The position numbers and the translations under genes are program-made. The notes beneath the pieces were generated by a model, which searched no databases, was not told where the DNA came from, and was given only the letters and a program-made list of their open reading frames with translations. Of a DNA stretch of 64,000 bases, positions 22,537 to 33,435 are shown piece by piece; positions within the stretch are counted from its first letter, which is position 1, and each line of letters opens with the position of its first letter. This DNA comes from an uncultured delta proteobacterium (GTDB lineage: Bacteria > Myxococcota > Myxococcia > Myxococcales > Anaeromyxobacteraceae). The stretch lies in the NCBI GenBank assembly GCA_963814585.1, contig CAWFDF010000013.1, positions 64,001 through 128,000 on the forward strand. The letters run 5' to 3'.

Positions 22537-23366
22537 CCGGCGCGATCCCCGGCGAAGACGCTGGAGGCGCGCCACTCGGATCCAGCCTCGAGGAACGGCG
22601 CGTTCTCCGGCCTTCGCCCGGGCGGCAGCTTGCGGGCCACGGCGATGATGTGGAACGGCGCCATGGTCTCCACGGCGAGGAGCTGGACGCCGGCGTGGTC
22701 GAGCAGCCTCAGCGCCGACCCGGTGTCGAAGACGTGGTGGTGGAAGCAGCGGTTCTCCACGTTCCGGGCCGACCGCTCGCGAAACTGCTCCGGCGTCCCT
22801 CCACCGGGGTCCAGGGAGAGATCGTGCAGCGCCAGGATCTCTTCGTGGTGGGTCATGTCGTCCTCGCCCACACCGGCCCGGTCGTCGGCCTCGAAGTGCT
22901 CGAGGGGCGTGATCGGACGGCGATGGTCGAAGGTCCCCTCGCGGTGCGGCAGCAGCAGCACCAGCGCCCCGCCCTCCTTGAGGACGCGCAGCCACTCGCC
23001 GAGGGCCTTGAGCCCGTTGGCGCAGTGCTCGAGGGCGTGGGACGACAGCACGAAGTCGTAGCGCGCCGAGGGGATGGCCGAGAGGTCGGAGGCCTCGGCG
23101 ATGAACTGCCGCCCCGGTGCCCGCCCCGGCTCGAAGACGAAGGTCGCCCCCTCGACATGGGCGGCCTGCCAGACCGTGCTGGCGGCGAAGTTGCAGTTGT
23201 CGAGGGATCCGACCACCGGGTAGAGGGGGAGGATCCCCCGGCGCCCCTGGAAGACCTCGCTGGGGCCACCCACCTCCAGGCCGGACTTCCCGCCCACCAG
23301 CGCCGCCACCCGGGGCAGGCAGCGGGCCCGTGGGCGCCTTCGGAGGAATCGAGGGATCCAGTTCAT
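22533..23366 (-). CDS. Class I SAM-dependent methyltransferase
   Basis: GLEVGG, YDFVLSSHALEH, EWLRVLKEGG. Confidence 0.85.
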   Translation of the reverse strand: MNWIPRFLRRRPRARCLPRVAALVGGKSGLEVGGPSEVFQGRRGILPLYPVVGSLDNCNFAASTVWQAAHVEGATFVFEPGRAPGRQFIAEASDLSAIPSARYDFVLSSHALEHCANGLKALGEWLRVLKEGGALVLLLPHREGTFDHRRPITPLEHFEADDRAGVGEDDMTHHEEILALHDLSLDPGGGTPEQFRERSARNVENRCFHHHVFDTGSALRLLDHAGVQLLAVETMAPFHIIAVARKLPPGRRPENAPFLEAGSEWRASSVFAGDRAG

Positions 23367-23519
23367 GGCGCGGCGACCTTCGATCGGAGCTCCTCCGATA
23401 TCACGACTCCCCGGCGGCGTTCACCTCTCGTCGCCGGCGCCGGCCCGGCTCGCGCCGCCTGCAGGGCCGGCGGCCGGAGCGCCTGGTGCCCCGATCCCTG
23501 CTCCGGGCCCTCGCCGGAA

Positions 23520-24275
23520 TCATGCCGGCGACTCGGGCCCGACCCGCAGCCCCAGCAGCCACTCGCGGTTGCCGGCCGGCCCCTGGATCGGGCTCTCGGC
23601 GTGGCCCACCACCTCGAAGCCGAGCCCCTGCGCCGCCTCGGACACCGCGTCGAGCGCCGCCAGCCGCTTCGAGTCCTCCCGCACCACGCCCCCCTTGCCG
23701 ACCTCGCCCTTCCCCACCTCGAACTGTGGCTTCACCAGGAGCAGCGCCCAGCCGCCCGGCCTCAGGATCGCCTTCACCGCCGGGAGGACGAGCCTGAGCG
23801 AGATGAAGGAGAGGTCGCCGACCACCAGGTCCACCCGCTCGCCCAGGGTCTCGGCGGTGAGCGCCCGGGCGTTCTGGCGCTCGCGCACCACCACGCGCGG
23901 ATCGCCCCGGATCCTGTCGTGGAGCTGGCCGTAGCCGACGTCGACGGCGTGGACCCGCGCCGCGCCGCGCTGGAGCAGGAGATCGGTGAACCCGCCGGTC
24001 GAGGCCCCCAGGTCCGCGCAGGTCAGCCCGGCGGGATCCACCGGGAAGACCTCCAGCGCCCTCTCCAGCTTGAGCGCGCCGCGCGAGACGTAGCGCTGCG
24101 GGGCCGCGCCCTCCTTGAGCCGCAGCGGCAGCGACTCGTCCACCAGCTGCCCGGGCTTGTCGACGCGCGCCTGGCCGGCCACCACGGCCCCGGCCATCAC
24201 CAGCGCCTGCGCCTTGGCGCGGGACTCGGCCAGGCCGCGCTCCACCAGCAGCAGGTCGATACGGCGCCTGGTCAG
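23520..24275 (-). CDS. tlyA: TlyA family rRNA (cytidine-2'-O)-methyltransferase; start uncertain (CTG overlapping the dxs stop)
   Basis: S4 domain RRIDLLLVERGLAESR, YVSRGALKL, DLGASTGGFTD, DLSFISL, LVKPQFE, GNREW. Confidence 0.93.
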   Translation of the reverse strand: MTRRRIDLLLVERGLAESRAKAQALVMAGAVVAGQARVDKPGQLVDESLPLRLKEGAAPQRYVSRGALKLERALEVFPVDPAGLTCADLGASTGGFTDLLLQRGAARVHAVDVGYGQLHDRIRGDPRVVVRERQNARALTAETLGERVDLVVGDLSFISLRLVLPAVKAILRPGGWALLLVKPQFEVGKGEVGKGGVVREDSKRLAALDAVSEAAQGLGFEVVGHAESPIQGPAGNREWLLGLRVGPESPA

Positions 24276-26183
24276 GAGACGGCCCGCGCCTTCTTCTCCC
24301 CGAGCAGGGCCCGGCAGGCGGCCACGATGGCCGGCGCGTCGATGCCCGGCGTCGGCCCGCTGCCGCTGCTGCTCGGCGTGGGTGATGAAGCGGTCGGGGA
24401 TGCCGAGCCGCTTCACCTGCACGCCGCTCGCCACCAGCCCGTGGGCCTCGAAGGCCTCCAGGCAGGCGGCGCCGAAGCCGCCGGCCAGCGCGTTCTCCTC
24501 CACCGTCACCACCCGGCCGATGGAGGCCGCCTCGCCGCAGATCAGCGTCTCGTCGAGCGGCTTCACGAAGCGCGGGTCGATGACCCGGGCGTCGAGCCCG
24601 CCTCGAGCCAGCTCCTCGGCCGCCGCCAGGGCCGGGGCCAGCGTGGATCCGGCCGCGACCACCAGCACGTCGGGGTGGGCCCCGCCGGCGCGGACGACCC
24701 GCCCCTTGCCGACGGGCAGCACGGCCGGAGGCCGGTCGATGGACACCCCCAGCCCGGCCCCGCGCGGGAAGCGGAAGGCGCAAGGGCCAGGGTGCCTCAG
24801 CGAGGTGTGCAGCATGTCGCGCAGCTCCGACTCGTCGGAGGGCGCCATCACCACCAGGTTGGGGATGCAGCGCAGGTAGGAGAGGTCGAAGGCCCCCTGG
24901 TGCGTCTTGCCGTCGGCCCCCACCAGCCCGCCGCGGTCGAGCGCGAAGGTGACCGGCAGCTGCTGGAGCGCCACGTCGTGGATGATCTGGTCGTAGCCGC
25001 GCTGCAGGAAGGTCGAGTAGATGGCCACCACCGGCCGGATCCCCTCGCAGGCCAGGCCGGCGGCGAAGGTGACGGCGTGCTGCTCGGCGATGCCGACGTC
25101 GTAGGTCCGCTCCGGGAAGGCCTTCTTGCACTTGATGAGGCCGGTCCCCTCCAGCATGGCGGCGGTGATGGCCACCACCTTGTCGTCGGCCCTCATCTCC
25201 TCCACGAGCGCCTCGGCGAAGAGATCGGTGTAGGCCTTGGGCGCCGCCTTCTTCACCGACTTGCCGGTGGCCACGTCGAAGAAGGAGAGGCCATGGCCGC
25301 GCGTGGCCGGGTCGGACTCGGCCGGGTGATAGCCCTTCCCCTTCTGGGTGATGACGTGCAGCAGGACCGGGTCGCCGAAGACGGCCAGCTTCTGGAACGT
25401 CTCGACCAGCGCCGCCACGTCGTGACCGTCGGCCGGGCCGACGTAGTGGAAGCCGAGCCCCTCGAACATCACGCCCGGCGTCACCAGCGCCTTGGCGGCG
25501 ACGATGCCGTGGCGGATGGCGTCGATGGCCTCGTGCCCCTTGGGGAGCTTCTCGAGGAACTCCTTCACGCCCTTGCGCCAGCGGTTGTAGGTGCGCGAGG
25601 TGAACTTCTTGGAGAGCCATTCCCCCATGGCGCCGACGTTGGGCGAGATCGACATCTCGTTGTCGTTGAGGACGACGATGAGGTCGCGCTTCAGGTACCC
25701 GGCCTGGTTGAGCCCCTCGAACGCCTCGCCGCCGGTCATGGCGCCGTCCCCGAGCACCGCCACCACCTTGCCGGGCTGGCCGGTGAGGTGCTTGGCCTCG
25801 ACCATGCCGAGCGCCGCGGAGATGGCCGTGGAGGCGTGCCCCACGCCGAAGGCGTCGTGCTCCGACTCGTGCCGCTCCGGGAAGCCGGCCAGCCCGCCCT
25901 CGGTCCGGATGGTGCGGAAGCGGTCGCGCCGGCCGGTCAGCAGCTTGTGGGCGTAGGCCTGGTGGCCGACGTCCCAGACCAGCTTGTCGGTCGGCGAGGA
26001 GAAGACGTAGTGGAGGGCCACGTTGAGCTCCACCGCCCCGAGCGAGGAGCCGAGGTGGCCGCCGTTGGCGGCGCAGGTCTCGATGATCTCCTCGCGGATC
26101 TCGGCGCAGAGCGCCGGCAGGTCGCCGACGGAGAGCCTCTTCAGGTCCGCGGGCGAGTCGATCGCGTCGAGCAGGTGGCCCAT
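24272..26183 (-). CDS. dxs: 1-deoxy-D-xylulose-5-phosphate synthase; +1 frameshift near 24346
   Basis: GGHLGSSLG, WDVGHQAY, GDGAMTGG, NDNEMSI, GIAEQHAV, IYSTFLQRGYDQ; removing one G restores GIDAPAIV...KARAVS-stop. Confidence 0.95.
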
Positions 26184-26197
26184 GATCGTCTCCTCCT

Positions 26198-27079
26198 TCA
26201 CTTCTTGCGGTCGATGACGTAACTGGCCAGCGCGCGCAGCGCAGCGGCGCGCGGGCCGAGGGGTGAGAGGGCCCCGAGGGCCTGAGCCAGCAGCGCCTCG
26301 GCGCGGGCCCGGGCGGCGTCGGGGCCGAGGAGCGAGGGGAGCGTGGCCTTGCCGGCGGCCGCGTCCTTGCCGGCCCGCTTGCCCAGCGTGGCGGTGTCGG
26401 CGGTGAGGTCGAGCAGGTCGTCGGCGACCTGGAAGGCGAGCCCGAGCTTCAGCCCGATCGGGTAGACGGCGGCCGCGGTGGCGCCGGCGCACTGCGCCCC
26501 TCCGGCGACCGAGGCGGCCAGCAGCGCCCCGGTCTTGGTGCGCATCAGCTCCAGCACCTCGGCCTCGGCGAGCGGCCGGTGCTCGGCCTCGATGTCCCGC
26601 TGCTGCCCTTCCACCATGAGGAGCGCGCTGTCGGCCAGCAGCCGTGCCAGCGCCCCGGCGCCCGGCTCGGGCGCGGCCAGCAGGTGGGCGAAGGCCAGCG
26701 ACTGGAGCCCGTCCCCCACCAGCACCGCCGTCGCCTCGTCGAAGGCCACGTGGACGGTGGCCCGGCCCCTGCGCAGGTCGTCGTCGTCCATGGCCGGCAG
26801 GTCGTCGTGGACCAGGGAGTAGGTGTGGATGCACTCCATCGCCAGCGCATAGCGAAAGGCCAGGGAGCCGTCGGCGACGTCGCCGCCGTGGGCCTCGCAG
26901 GCCGCCAGCACCAGCGCAGGCCGGAGCCGCTTCCCGCCGCCGAGCAGCGCGTAGGTCATGCCGTCCACCAGCCGGCCCGGGGCCACCCCGCGGCGCGACT
27001 CGGCGAGCGCCATGAGGCCGGCCTCCACGCGCGAGGAGACCGACCGCAGGTAGGGCTCGATGGCGAATGGCTCGCTCAC
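26198..27079 (-). CDS. ispA: Polyprenyl synthetase (farnesyl diphosphate synthase)
   Basis: GGKRLRP, HDDLPAMDDDDLRRG, KTGAL, AFQVADDLLD; upstream of dxs. Confidence 0.93.
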   Translation of the reverse strand: MSEPFAIEPYLRSVSSRVEAGLMALAESRRGVAPGRLVDGMTYALLGGGKRLRPALVLAACEAHGGDVADGSLAFRYALAMECIHTYSLVHDDLPAMDDDDLRRGRATVHVAFDEATAVLVGDGLQSLAFAHLLAAPEPGAGALARLLADSALLMVEGQQRDIEAEHRPLAEAEVLELMRTKTGALLAASVAGGAQCAGATAAAVYPIGLKLGLAFQVADDLLDLTADTATLGKRAGKDAAAGKATLPSLLGPDAARARAEALLAQALGALSPLGPRAAALRALASYVIDRKK

Positions 27080-27292
27080 GTAGGGGGCCTTCTAGCATGC
27101 CCCGGGCCCGGCTTCACGCCGCCTGGTGGGGCAACCGTGGGAGCCCGGCGCCGGGAGGAGCTCGACCAGGCACCTGACCGCCGGGCACGACCGTGCCGGG
27201 CGCGGGACGGGCGCCGCAGGCGGGCCGCCAGCGCGTGCCGTGGCTACGGATTCCGGCGGCGATGGACTAACGTCCGGCCCTGGGGACCCGCC

Positions 27293-28180
27293 ATGATCTC
27301 GTTCCTCGTCTGCTCCATCAATCCGGACCTCGCCGCCGCCCTGAGGGAGAACCTCGCCGCCACCGCGGGCGTCGAGCACGAGCTGCTGGTCCACGACAAC
27401 CGGGCGCCCCACTGGGGCCTGTCGCGCGTCTACAACGACCTCGCCGGGCGGGCCGCCTTCCCGCTCCTCTGCTTCGTCCACGAGGACGTCCGCTTCCGCT
27501 CCCCGCCCGGCTGGGGGCGCGAGCTCGCGGCCTTCTTCGCGAGCCACCCAGGGGCCGGCGTGGTCGGCTTCGCCGGCTCGCAGGTCAAGAGCCGGACCCT
27601 CTCCGGCTGGCATGGCCTGCCGGCCCACACCAGGCAGCACGTCCTGCAGCACGACCGCCGCGGCCGGGTGCGGGCGATCGGCCGCAACCCGGCCGGAGAG
27701 CCCTACTCCCGCGTGGCCGTCGTCGACGGGCTCTGCCTCCTGGCACTGCGCGAGGTCTGGAGGGTCCACCGCTTCGACGAGGTGGCCTTCCCGGGGTTCC
27801 ACTTCTACGACCTCGACTTCTGCACGCAGGTGGCGCAGTCGCGGGCCAACTACGTGTGCCACACGGTGTGGCCGGAGCACTTCTCGGCGGGCTCGTTCGG
27901 CGAGGCGTGGCGGATCGCGGCGGAGGCCTACCATCGGAAGTGGTCGGAGCAGCTCCCCATCCACTGCGGGTCGCTGACCCCGGCGGAGCTGGAGCGCTGC
28001 GAGGCCTACAGCGCCTACCGGTCGCTGCGCGAGCTGCTCCGGGACCCCGGGGCCGGGATCGGCCGGCTGGCGCAGGCCCGGGCCGACTACCGGGCCCACG
28101 CCCGCCCCGGCTACGATCTCCGGCTGGTGCCGCACCGGCTCCGCTTCGCCTGGCGACGGCTCAGGGCGCCCGGGCGGTAG
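27293..28180 (+). CDS. GT2-like glycosyltransferase
   Basis: ISFLVCS, YN...CFVHEDV, VVDGLC, FDE...GFHFYDLDFC. Confidence 0.75.
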   Translation: MISFLVCSINPDLAAALRENLAATAGVEHELLVHDNRAPHWGLSRVYNDLAGRAAFPLLCFVHEDVRFRSPPGWGRELAAFFASHPGAGVVGFAGSQVKSRTLSGWHGLPAHTRQHVLQHDRRGRVRAIGRNPAGEPYSRVAVVDGLCLLALREVWRVHRFDEVAFPGFHFYDLDFCTQVAQSRANYVCHTVWPEHFSAGSFGEAWRIAAEAYHRKWSEQLPIHCGSLTPAELERCEAYSAYRSLRELLRDPGAGIGRLAQARADYRAHARPGYDLRLVPHRLRFAWRRLRAPGR

Positions 28181-28997
28181 GCGCGGCGGCCAGGGCCGCC
28201 GCCACGTGCGGCTCCCAGAACCCGAGGTGGCGCCCCTTGTACCAGCCGTGCGCGGCCATGGGCAGGCGGCCGCCGGCCAGCTTGAAGAGCCGATCCGGGT
28301 TGATGTCCCAGGAGAAGCTCAGCGCCTCGGCGACCTGCGGCGTCCGGTGGGCGTGACCCTTCTTGGCCGGCTCGATGCTCCAGAAGATGTCCTCGTGGAA
28401 GTGGTGCGTGCCCTGGTTGCGCAGGTAGTGCTCGATGGCGTCCCTCATCTCCACGCTGAGCCGGTGGTGGGTCTCGACCCGGCGCAGCGAGAAGCCGCCG
28501 TTGCCGACCCGGTTGCGGGTCTCGTAGCGGTAGACCTTGTCCTGCGTCCCCAGGAAGAGCTTGCTCAGCCCCATCTTGAGCTGGTGGATGCGTACGCTCA
28601 CGTCGGTCTTGGAGACCCACGGCGCGCCCACGTAGTCGTAGCCACGCGCGACCCAGCTGGCCAGCTCGTCGCGGAAGACGAAGACGTCGAGCTGGCAGAT
28701 CAGCAGGTAGGCGCTGCCGAGGAACCGCTCGTAGAAGCCGGTGGAGAGGAGCAGCCGGTTGTATCCCTGGACGGACGTGAAGTACCCGGGGTCGAAGGCC
28801 TCCACCGCCTGGAAGGGGAAGCGCGCCTCGATGGCGGCGGTGTCGAGCCCGGCCGGCTTCACCATCACCAGGTGGTGCGTCCCCAGCACCCGGAACGCGC
28901 TCTCCAGCGAGATGGTCTCGTTGGCGTCGAGGAAGCCCCGGTAGACGGGCACCACGACGGAGAGCTGTTCGGCGGGGAGCCCGGGCATGCCGTCCAC
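28161..28997 (-). CDS. DUF5672 family protein (glycosyltransferase-like)
   Basis: [37 protein letters not shown]; start may be ATG 28988. Confidence 0.75.
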   Translation of the reverse strand: MDGMPGLPAEQLSVVVPVYRGFLDANETISLESAFRVLGTHHLVMVKPAGLDTAAIEARFPFQAVEAFDPGYFTSVQGYNRLLLSTGFYERFLGSAYLLICQLDVFVFRDELASWVARGYDYVGAPWVSKTDVSVRIHQLKMGLSKLFLGTQDKVYRYETRNRVGNGGFSLRRVETHHRLSVEMRDAIEHYLRNQGTHHFHEDIFWSIEPAKKGHAHRTPQVAEALSFSWDINPDRLFKLAGGRLPMAAHGWYKGRHLGFWEPHVAAALAAAPTARAP

Positions 28998-29058
28998 AAC
29001 CTACCCAATGCCGGCGTTTGCCGCCAACCGGCCCGCCATTCTGCTACAAGAGGCGGCC

Positions 29059-29946
29059 ATGACCTCCACGCGCAAGGGCATCATCCTCGCCGGCGGCGCG
29101 GGCACCCGGCTCTACCCCGCGACCCTGGCCGTCTCGAAGCAGCTCCTGCCGGTCTTCGACAAGCCCATGATCTACTACCCGCTCACCGCGCTCATGCTGG
29201 CGGGGATCCGCGAGGTGCTGATCATCTCGACGCCCCAGGACACCCCCCGCTTCGAGGCCCTGCTGGGCGACGGCAGCGCCTGGGGGATGCGCTTCGAGTA
29301 CACCGTCCAGCCCAGCCCCGACGGCCTGGCCCAGGCCTTCATCCTCGGCGCCGGCTTCGTGAAGGGTGGGCCGTCGGCGCTGGTGCTGGGCGACAACATC
29401 TACTACGGGCACGAGTTCCAGCAGATCCTCAAGGCCGCCGATGCGCGCCGCCAGGGGGCCACCGTCTTCGCCTATGCCGTGCACGACCCGGAGCGGTACG
29501 GCGTGGTGGAGTTCGACGCCGGCAGGAAGGTGCTCTCCATCGAGGAGAAGCCCGCCAGGCCGCGGTCGCGCTACGCGGTCACCGGCCTCTACTTCTACGA
29601 CGAGGCGGTGGTGGAGCTGGCCCGGCAGGTGAAGCCCTCGGCCCGCGGCGAGCTGGAGATCACCGACCTCAACCGGCTCTACCTGGAGCGGAAGCAGCTC
29701 ACCGTGGAGATCATGGGGCGCGGCTATGCCTGGCTCGACACCGGCACGCACGAGTCGCTCCTCGAGGCCGGGCAGTTCGTGGCCACCATCGAGAAGCGGC
29801 AGGGGCTCAAGATCGCCTGCCCCGAGGAGGTGGCCTGGCGGCAGGGCTGGATCGACGACGCCGCGCTGGAGCGCTGCGCCGCTTCGCTGGGCAAGTCGAC
29901 CTACGGCCACTACGTCCGCGGCCTGCTCGAGTCCCGGGTCTTCTGA
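29059..29946 (+). CDS. rfbA: Glucose-1-phosphate thymidylyltransferase
   Basis: [50 protein letters not shown]. Confidence 0.97.
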   Translation: MTSTRKGIILAGGAGTRLYPATLAVSKQLLPVFDKPMIYYPLTALMLAGIREVLIISTPQDTPRFEALLGDGSAWGMRFEYTVQPSPDGLAQAFILGAGFVKGGPSALVLGDNIYYGHEFQQILKAADARRQGATVFAYAVHDPERYGVVEFDAGRKVLSIEEKPARPRSRYAVTGLYFYDEAVVELARQVKPSARGELEITDLNRLYLERKQLTVEIMGRGYAWLDTGTHESLLEAGQFVATIEKRQGLKIACPEEVAWRQGWIDDAALERCAASLGKSTYGHYVRGLLESRVF

Positions 29947-30509
29947 TGAAGGCGCACCCCACCGCCCTGCCCGGCGTCTTCGTGGTGGAGCCGGCCGTCT
30001 TCGGCGACGAACGCGGCTACTTCTACGAGAGCTACAACCAGCGGAAGCTGGAGGCGGCCCTGGGCCGGCCGCTCCACTTCGTACAGGACAACCACAGCCG
30101 CTCGGCGCGCGGGGTGCTGCGCGGCCTCCACTACCAGCTGCCCAGGCCGCAGGGGAAGCTGGTGCGGGTGGTCCACGGCCAGGTCTTCGACGTGGCGGTC
30201 GACCTGCGGGCCGGCTCGGCGACGCGCGGCCGCTGGCTGGGCGAGGTGCTCTCCGCCGAGAACCGGCGGCAGCTCTGGATCCCGGAGGGCTTCGCGCACG
30301 GCTTCCTCGTCCTCTCCGAGGAGGCCGAGTTCCTCTACAAGACCACCGACTACTACGCCCCCGAGCACGAGCGCTGCATCCGCTGGGACGATCCCGCCCT
30401 GGGCATCTCCTGGCCCTCGGTCGGGTCCTCTCCGCGGGTCTCTGCCAAGGACGCCCGTGGGCTGCTCCTGGCCGAGGCGCCCATGTTCGACGAGTTCGTC
30501 TCCACATGA
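29946..30509 (+). CDS. rfbC: dTDP-4-dehydrorhamnose 3,5-epimerase
   Basis: FGDERGYFYE, QDNHSRS, LRGLHYQ, QGKLVRV, IPEGFAHGF. Confidence 0.95.
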   Translation: MKAHPTALPGVFVVEPAVFGDERGYFYESYNQRKLEAALGRPLHFVQDNHSRSARGVLRGLHYQLPRPQGKLVRVVHGQVFDVAVDLRAGSATRGRWLGEVLSAENRRQLWIPEGFAHGFLVLSEEAEFLYKTTDYYAPEHERCIRWDDPALGISWPSVGSSPRVSAKDARGLLLAEAPMFDEFVST

Positions 30510-31153
30510 GGGTCGTGATCTGGGGCGCTTCGGGGCACGCCCGGGTCGTCGCCGACGCCCTGGCGCTGGGCGGCGCCCACCAGCTGGTCGGCTTCCTCGA
30601 CGACGTCAACCCGGAGCGGAGGGGTTCCACCTTCTGCGACCTGCCGGTGCTCGGCGGCCGGGAGGCGCTTCCCCCGCTCCGCTCCTCCGGCGTCGAAGGC
30701 CTGATCCTCGGCTTCGGGAACTGCGCGGCCCGGCTCAGGCTGGCGCCCGAGGTGCGGCGGCTCGGCTTCCAGCTGGTCACCGCCATCCACCCCGGCGCCG
30801 TGGTGGCCCGTGACGCGATCATCGGGCCGGGCACCGTGGTGGCCGCGGGCGCCGTGATCAACCCGGCCGCCCGCATCGGGGAGAACGTCATCGTCAACAC
30901 CTCGGCCTCCGTGGACCACGACGCCGTCGTGGAGGACGGGGTCCACCTCTGCCCCGGCGCCCGGCTGGGCGGCCTGGTCCACGTCGAGGCCGGCGCCTGG
31001 GTCGGCATCGGCTCGACCATCGTCGACCGGGTGCGGATCGGCGCGCGCTCCATGCTGGGCGCGGGCTCGGTGGTGGTGGCCGACATCCCCCCCGACGTCC
31101 TCGCCTACGGCGTGCCGGCCCGGGTCGTCAAGGAGATCACCCACCATGGCTGA
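30506..31153 (+). CDS. Sugar O/N-acetyltransferase, PglD/NeuD (hexapeptide repeat) family
   Basis: IWGASGHA, GFLDD, IVNTSASVDHD, GAGSVV, GVPARV. Confidence 0.9.
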   Translation: MRVVIWGASGHARVVADALALGGAHQLVGFLDDVNPERRGSTFCDLPVLGGREALPPLRSSGVEGLILGFGNCAARLRLAPEVRRLGFQLVTAIHPGAVVARDAIIGPGTVVAAGAVINPAARIGENVIVNTSASVDHDAVVEDGVHLCPGARLGGLVHVEAGAWVGIGSTIVDRVRIGARSMLGAGSVVVADIPPDVLAYGVPARVVKEITHHG

Positions 31154-32351
31154 GAAGCAGCGGCTCGAGGACCTGGCGCTGTTCGGCGGGACCCCGGCCT
31201 TCGCCAGCGGCCTCTTCGTGGGGCGGCCCAACATCGGCGACCGGGCCGTGCTCCATGCCCGCCTGGACGACATCCTCGACCGTCGCTGGCTGACCAACAA
31301 CGGCCGCTACGTCCAGGAGCTGGAGCAGCGACTGGCGGCCCGCCTCGGCGTCAAGCACTGCATCGCCATGTGCAACGGGACGGTGGCGCTGGAGATCGCC
31401 ATCCGTGCGCTGGACCTGGCCGGCGAGGTCATCCTCCCCTCCTTCACCTTCGTGGCCACCGCCCACGCCCTGCAGTGGCAGCAGATCACCCCGGTCTTCT
31501 GCGACATCGATCCGGCCACGCACAACATCGATCCCCGGCGCGTCGAGGCGCTGATCACCCCCCGCACCACCGCGATCATCGGCGTCCATCTCTGGGGACG
31601 GCCCTGCCCGATCGAGGCGCTCGAGGAGATCGCCCGCCGGCGCGGCCTGAAGCTGCTCTTCGACGCGGCCCACGCCTTCGGCTGCAGCGCCGGCGGCCGC
31701 AGCATCGGCGGCTTCGGGCACGCCGAGGTGTTCAGCTTCCACGCCACCAAGTTCTTCAACACCTTCGAGGGCGGGGCGGTCGCCACCGACGACGACGAGC
31801 TGGCCGCGCGCGTCCGGCTCATGAAGAACTTCGGCTTCGCCGGCTTCGACAACGTGATCCACGTGGGCACCAACGGCAAGATGTCCGAGGTGTCGGCGGC
31901 CATGGGCCTGACCTCGCTCGAGGCCATGGACGGGTTCATCGCGCGGAACAAGGAGAACCACGCCCGCTACAGCGCCGCGCTGTCGGGCCTCCCCGGCCTG
32001 CGGATGGTGGACTACGACGCCACCGGATCGTCCAACTACCAGTACGTGGCGCTGGAGCTGGACGAGGCACGCACCGGGATTGGCCGGGATCTGGTGATGA
32101 AGGCCCTCCAGGCCGAGAACGTCATCGCCCGCCGCTACTTCTACCCGGGCTGTCACCGCATGGAGCCCTACCGCTCGTTCTTCCCCAACGCCGGCCTGCT
32201 CCTCCCCGAGACCGAGGCCCTCTGCGGGCGGATCCTCTCCCTGCCGACCGGGACCGCGGTGGGCGAGGCGGAGATCGACGCCGTGACGCGTCTCCTCCGG
32301 TTCGTCCTCGACCACGCCGGCGCCATCACGCGTCGGGACGCCACCCGGTGA
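31146..32351 (+). CDS. DegT/DnrJ/EryC1/StrS sugar aminotransferase, DesI/VioA-like C4 transaminase
   Basis: DLALFGG...VGRPN, PSFTFVAT, GVHLWGRPC, FDAAHAFG, FSFHATK (PLP Lys), GTNGKMSE. Confidence 0.92.
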   Translation: MAEKQRLEDLALFGGTPAFASGLFVGRPNIGDRAVLHARLDDILDRRWLTNNGRYVQELEQRLAARLGVKHCIAMCNGTVALEIAIRALDLAGEVILPSFTFVATAHALQWQQITPVFCDIDPATHNIDPRRVEALITPRTTAIIGVHLWGRPCPIEALEEIARRRGLKLLFDAAHAFGCSAGGRSIGGFGHAEVFSFHATKFFNTFEGGAVATDDDELAARVRLMKNFGFAGFDNVIHVGTNGKMSEVSAAMGLTSLEAMDGFIARNKENHARYSAALSGLPGLRMVDYDATGSSNYQYVALELDEARTGIGRDLVMKALQAENVIARRYFYPGCHRMEPYRSFFPNAGLLLPETEALCGRILSLPTGTAVGEAEIDAVTRLLRFVLDHAGAITRRDATR

Positions 32352-32382
32352 CGAGCCGGCCCGGCTCCGGCCCGGGCCCCGC

Positions 32383-33435
32383 TCAGCTCGGCCAGGCCGC
32401 CAGGTAGAAGCGCCGGAGGTTCTCCAGGTACTCCGAGCGCCGGTAGTCGGCGGCCAGGGTGTCGAACTGCCTGGCCTGGGCGGTCGCGTAGGCCCCCGGA
32501 TCGCGGAGCCGCCGCACGTCCTCGGGAAGGCGGCGCACCAGCTCGTCCCAGCCAGGGTAGACGCAGGGCAGCTCACGGTACCTGGGCGTGAAGAAGCGGT
32601 CGTTGTAGACGGCGCAGCCGATCCCCCCGCTGAAGACCGGCTCGATGAAGTAGCCGTCCAGCCCCTCGCCGAAGGTGAGCGAGTACCGCGCCCGCCCGGC
32701 CAGGTCCCGGTAGTCCTGGTAGGCCAGGTCGCGGACCACCTGCTGGCGGTACTCCGGGAGCCGGCGGGCCAGCTCGGCGAGGACCTCGTCCCGCCGCGGG
32801 TGCGGGTCGGGCGAGACCAGGAAGAGGTCCTCCTTGGCCGCCTCGGGCCGCCGCAGGAAGCGCTCCGGGCAGACCCAGACCGAGAGGTGATGGACCGGGC
32901 AGCCGTAGCGCCGCGAGGTCTCGGGGCTGGAGTAGGCCTTGTGCGCGGTGGTGATGGTCACCGGACCGAGCCGGCGGAGCAGCACCACGTCGTCCGGTCG
33001 CGGCGCCAGGTCGATGTTCTGGAGCAGGATGTTGAACCGGAGCGGGAACCGGCACGCCCCGGTGCCGCGGAGGGCGCGGACCGCGCCCCTCACCCAGATC
33101 TCCGGGAGGTGGAGGAAGAGCTCGGTGCCGGGGGCCAGCTGCCGCAGCAGCAGCCGGAAGTCCACCAGGGTGTGCGGGTTGTCGAACCGCGTGAAGCGGG
33201 CCAGCGGGGGCCCGTTGGGGAGCGGGCACAGGTAGACCTCGGCGCCGTGCAGCGACGACAGCGCCTGGCTCTCCTCCGCCAGGGAGGAGATCGACAGCAC
33301 CCCGCCGTTCACCTCGTCCTTGCCCGGGATCAGGAAGACCATGACGCGGCGGCCGGGCGGCCGCCCACGCAGCGCCTCGAGCTGGGCCGGGGCGAGGCGA
33401 CGCCGCTCCAGCGCATGGCGAACTCGTCGAATCAC
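32383..33435 (-). CDS. Hypothetical protein, possibly GT-B glycosyltransferase-like
   Basis: 350-aa ORF with coding-like bias; NGGVLSI near the N-terminus and FGEGLDGYFIEP resemble GT-B motifs; lies in a sugar cluster. Confidence 0.6.
   Translation of the reverse strand: MIRRVRHALERRRLAPAQLEALRGRPPGRRVMVFLIPGKDEVNGGVLSISSLAEESQALSSLHGAEVYLCPLPNGPPLARFTRFDNPHTLVDFRLLLRQLAPGTELFLHLPEIWVRGAVRALRGTGACRFPLRFNILLQNIDLAPRPDDVVLLRRLGPVTITTAHKAYSSPETSRRYGCPVHHLSVWVCPERFLRRPEAAKEDLFLVSPDPHPRRDEVLAELARRLPEYRQQVVRDLAYQDYRDLAGRARYSLTFGEGLDGYFIEPVFSGGIGCAVYNDRFFTPRYRELPCVYPGWDELVRRLPEDVRRLRDPGAYATAQARQFDTLAADYRRSEYLENLRRFYLAAWPS

Noticed and set aside
23520..27098. 1192-aa ORF suggesting a DXS-TlyA fusion
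   Set aside because: One extra G in a run at 24345-24347 explains it: removal restores a normal DXS C-terminus and stop, and the junction peptide is out-of-frame nonsense
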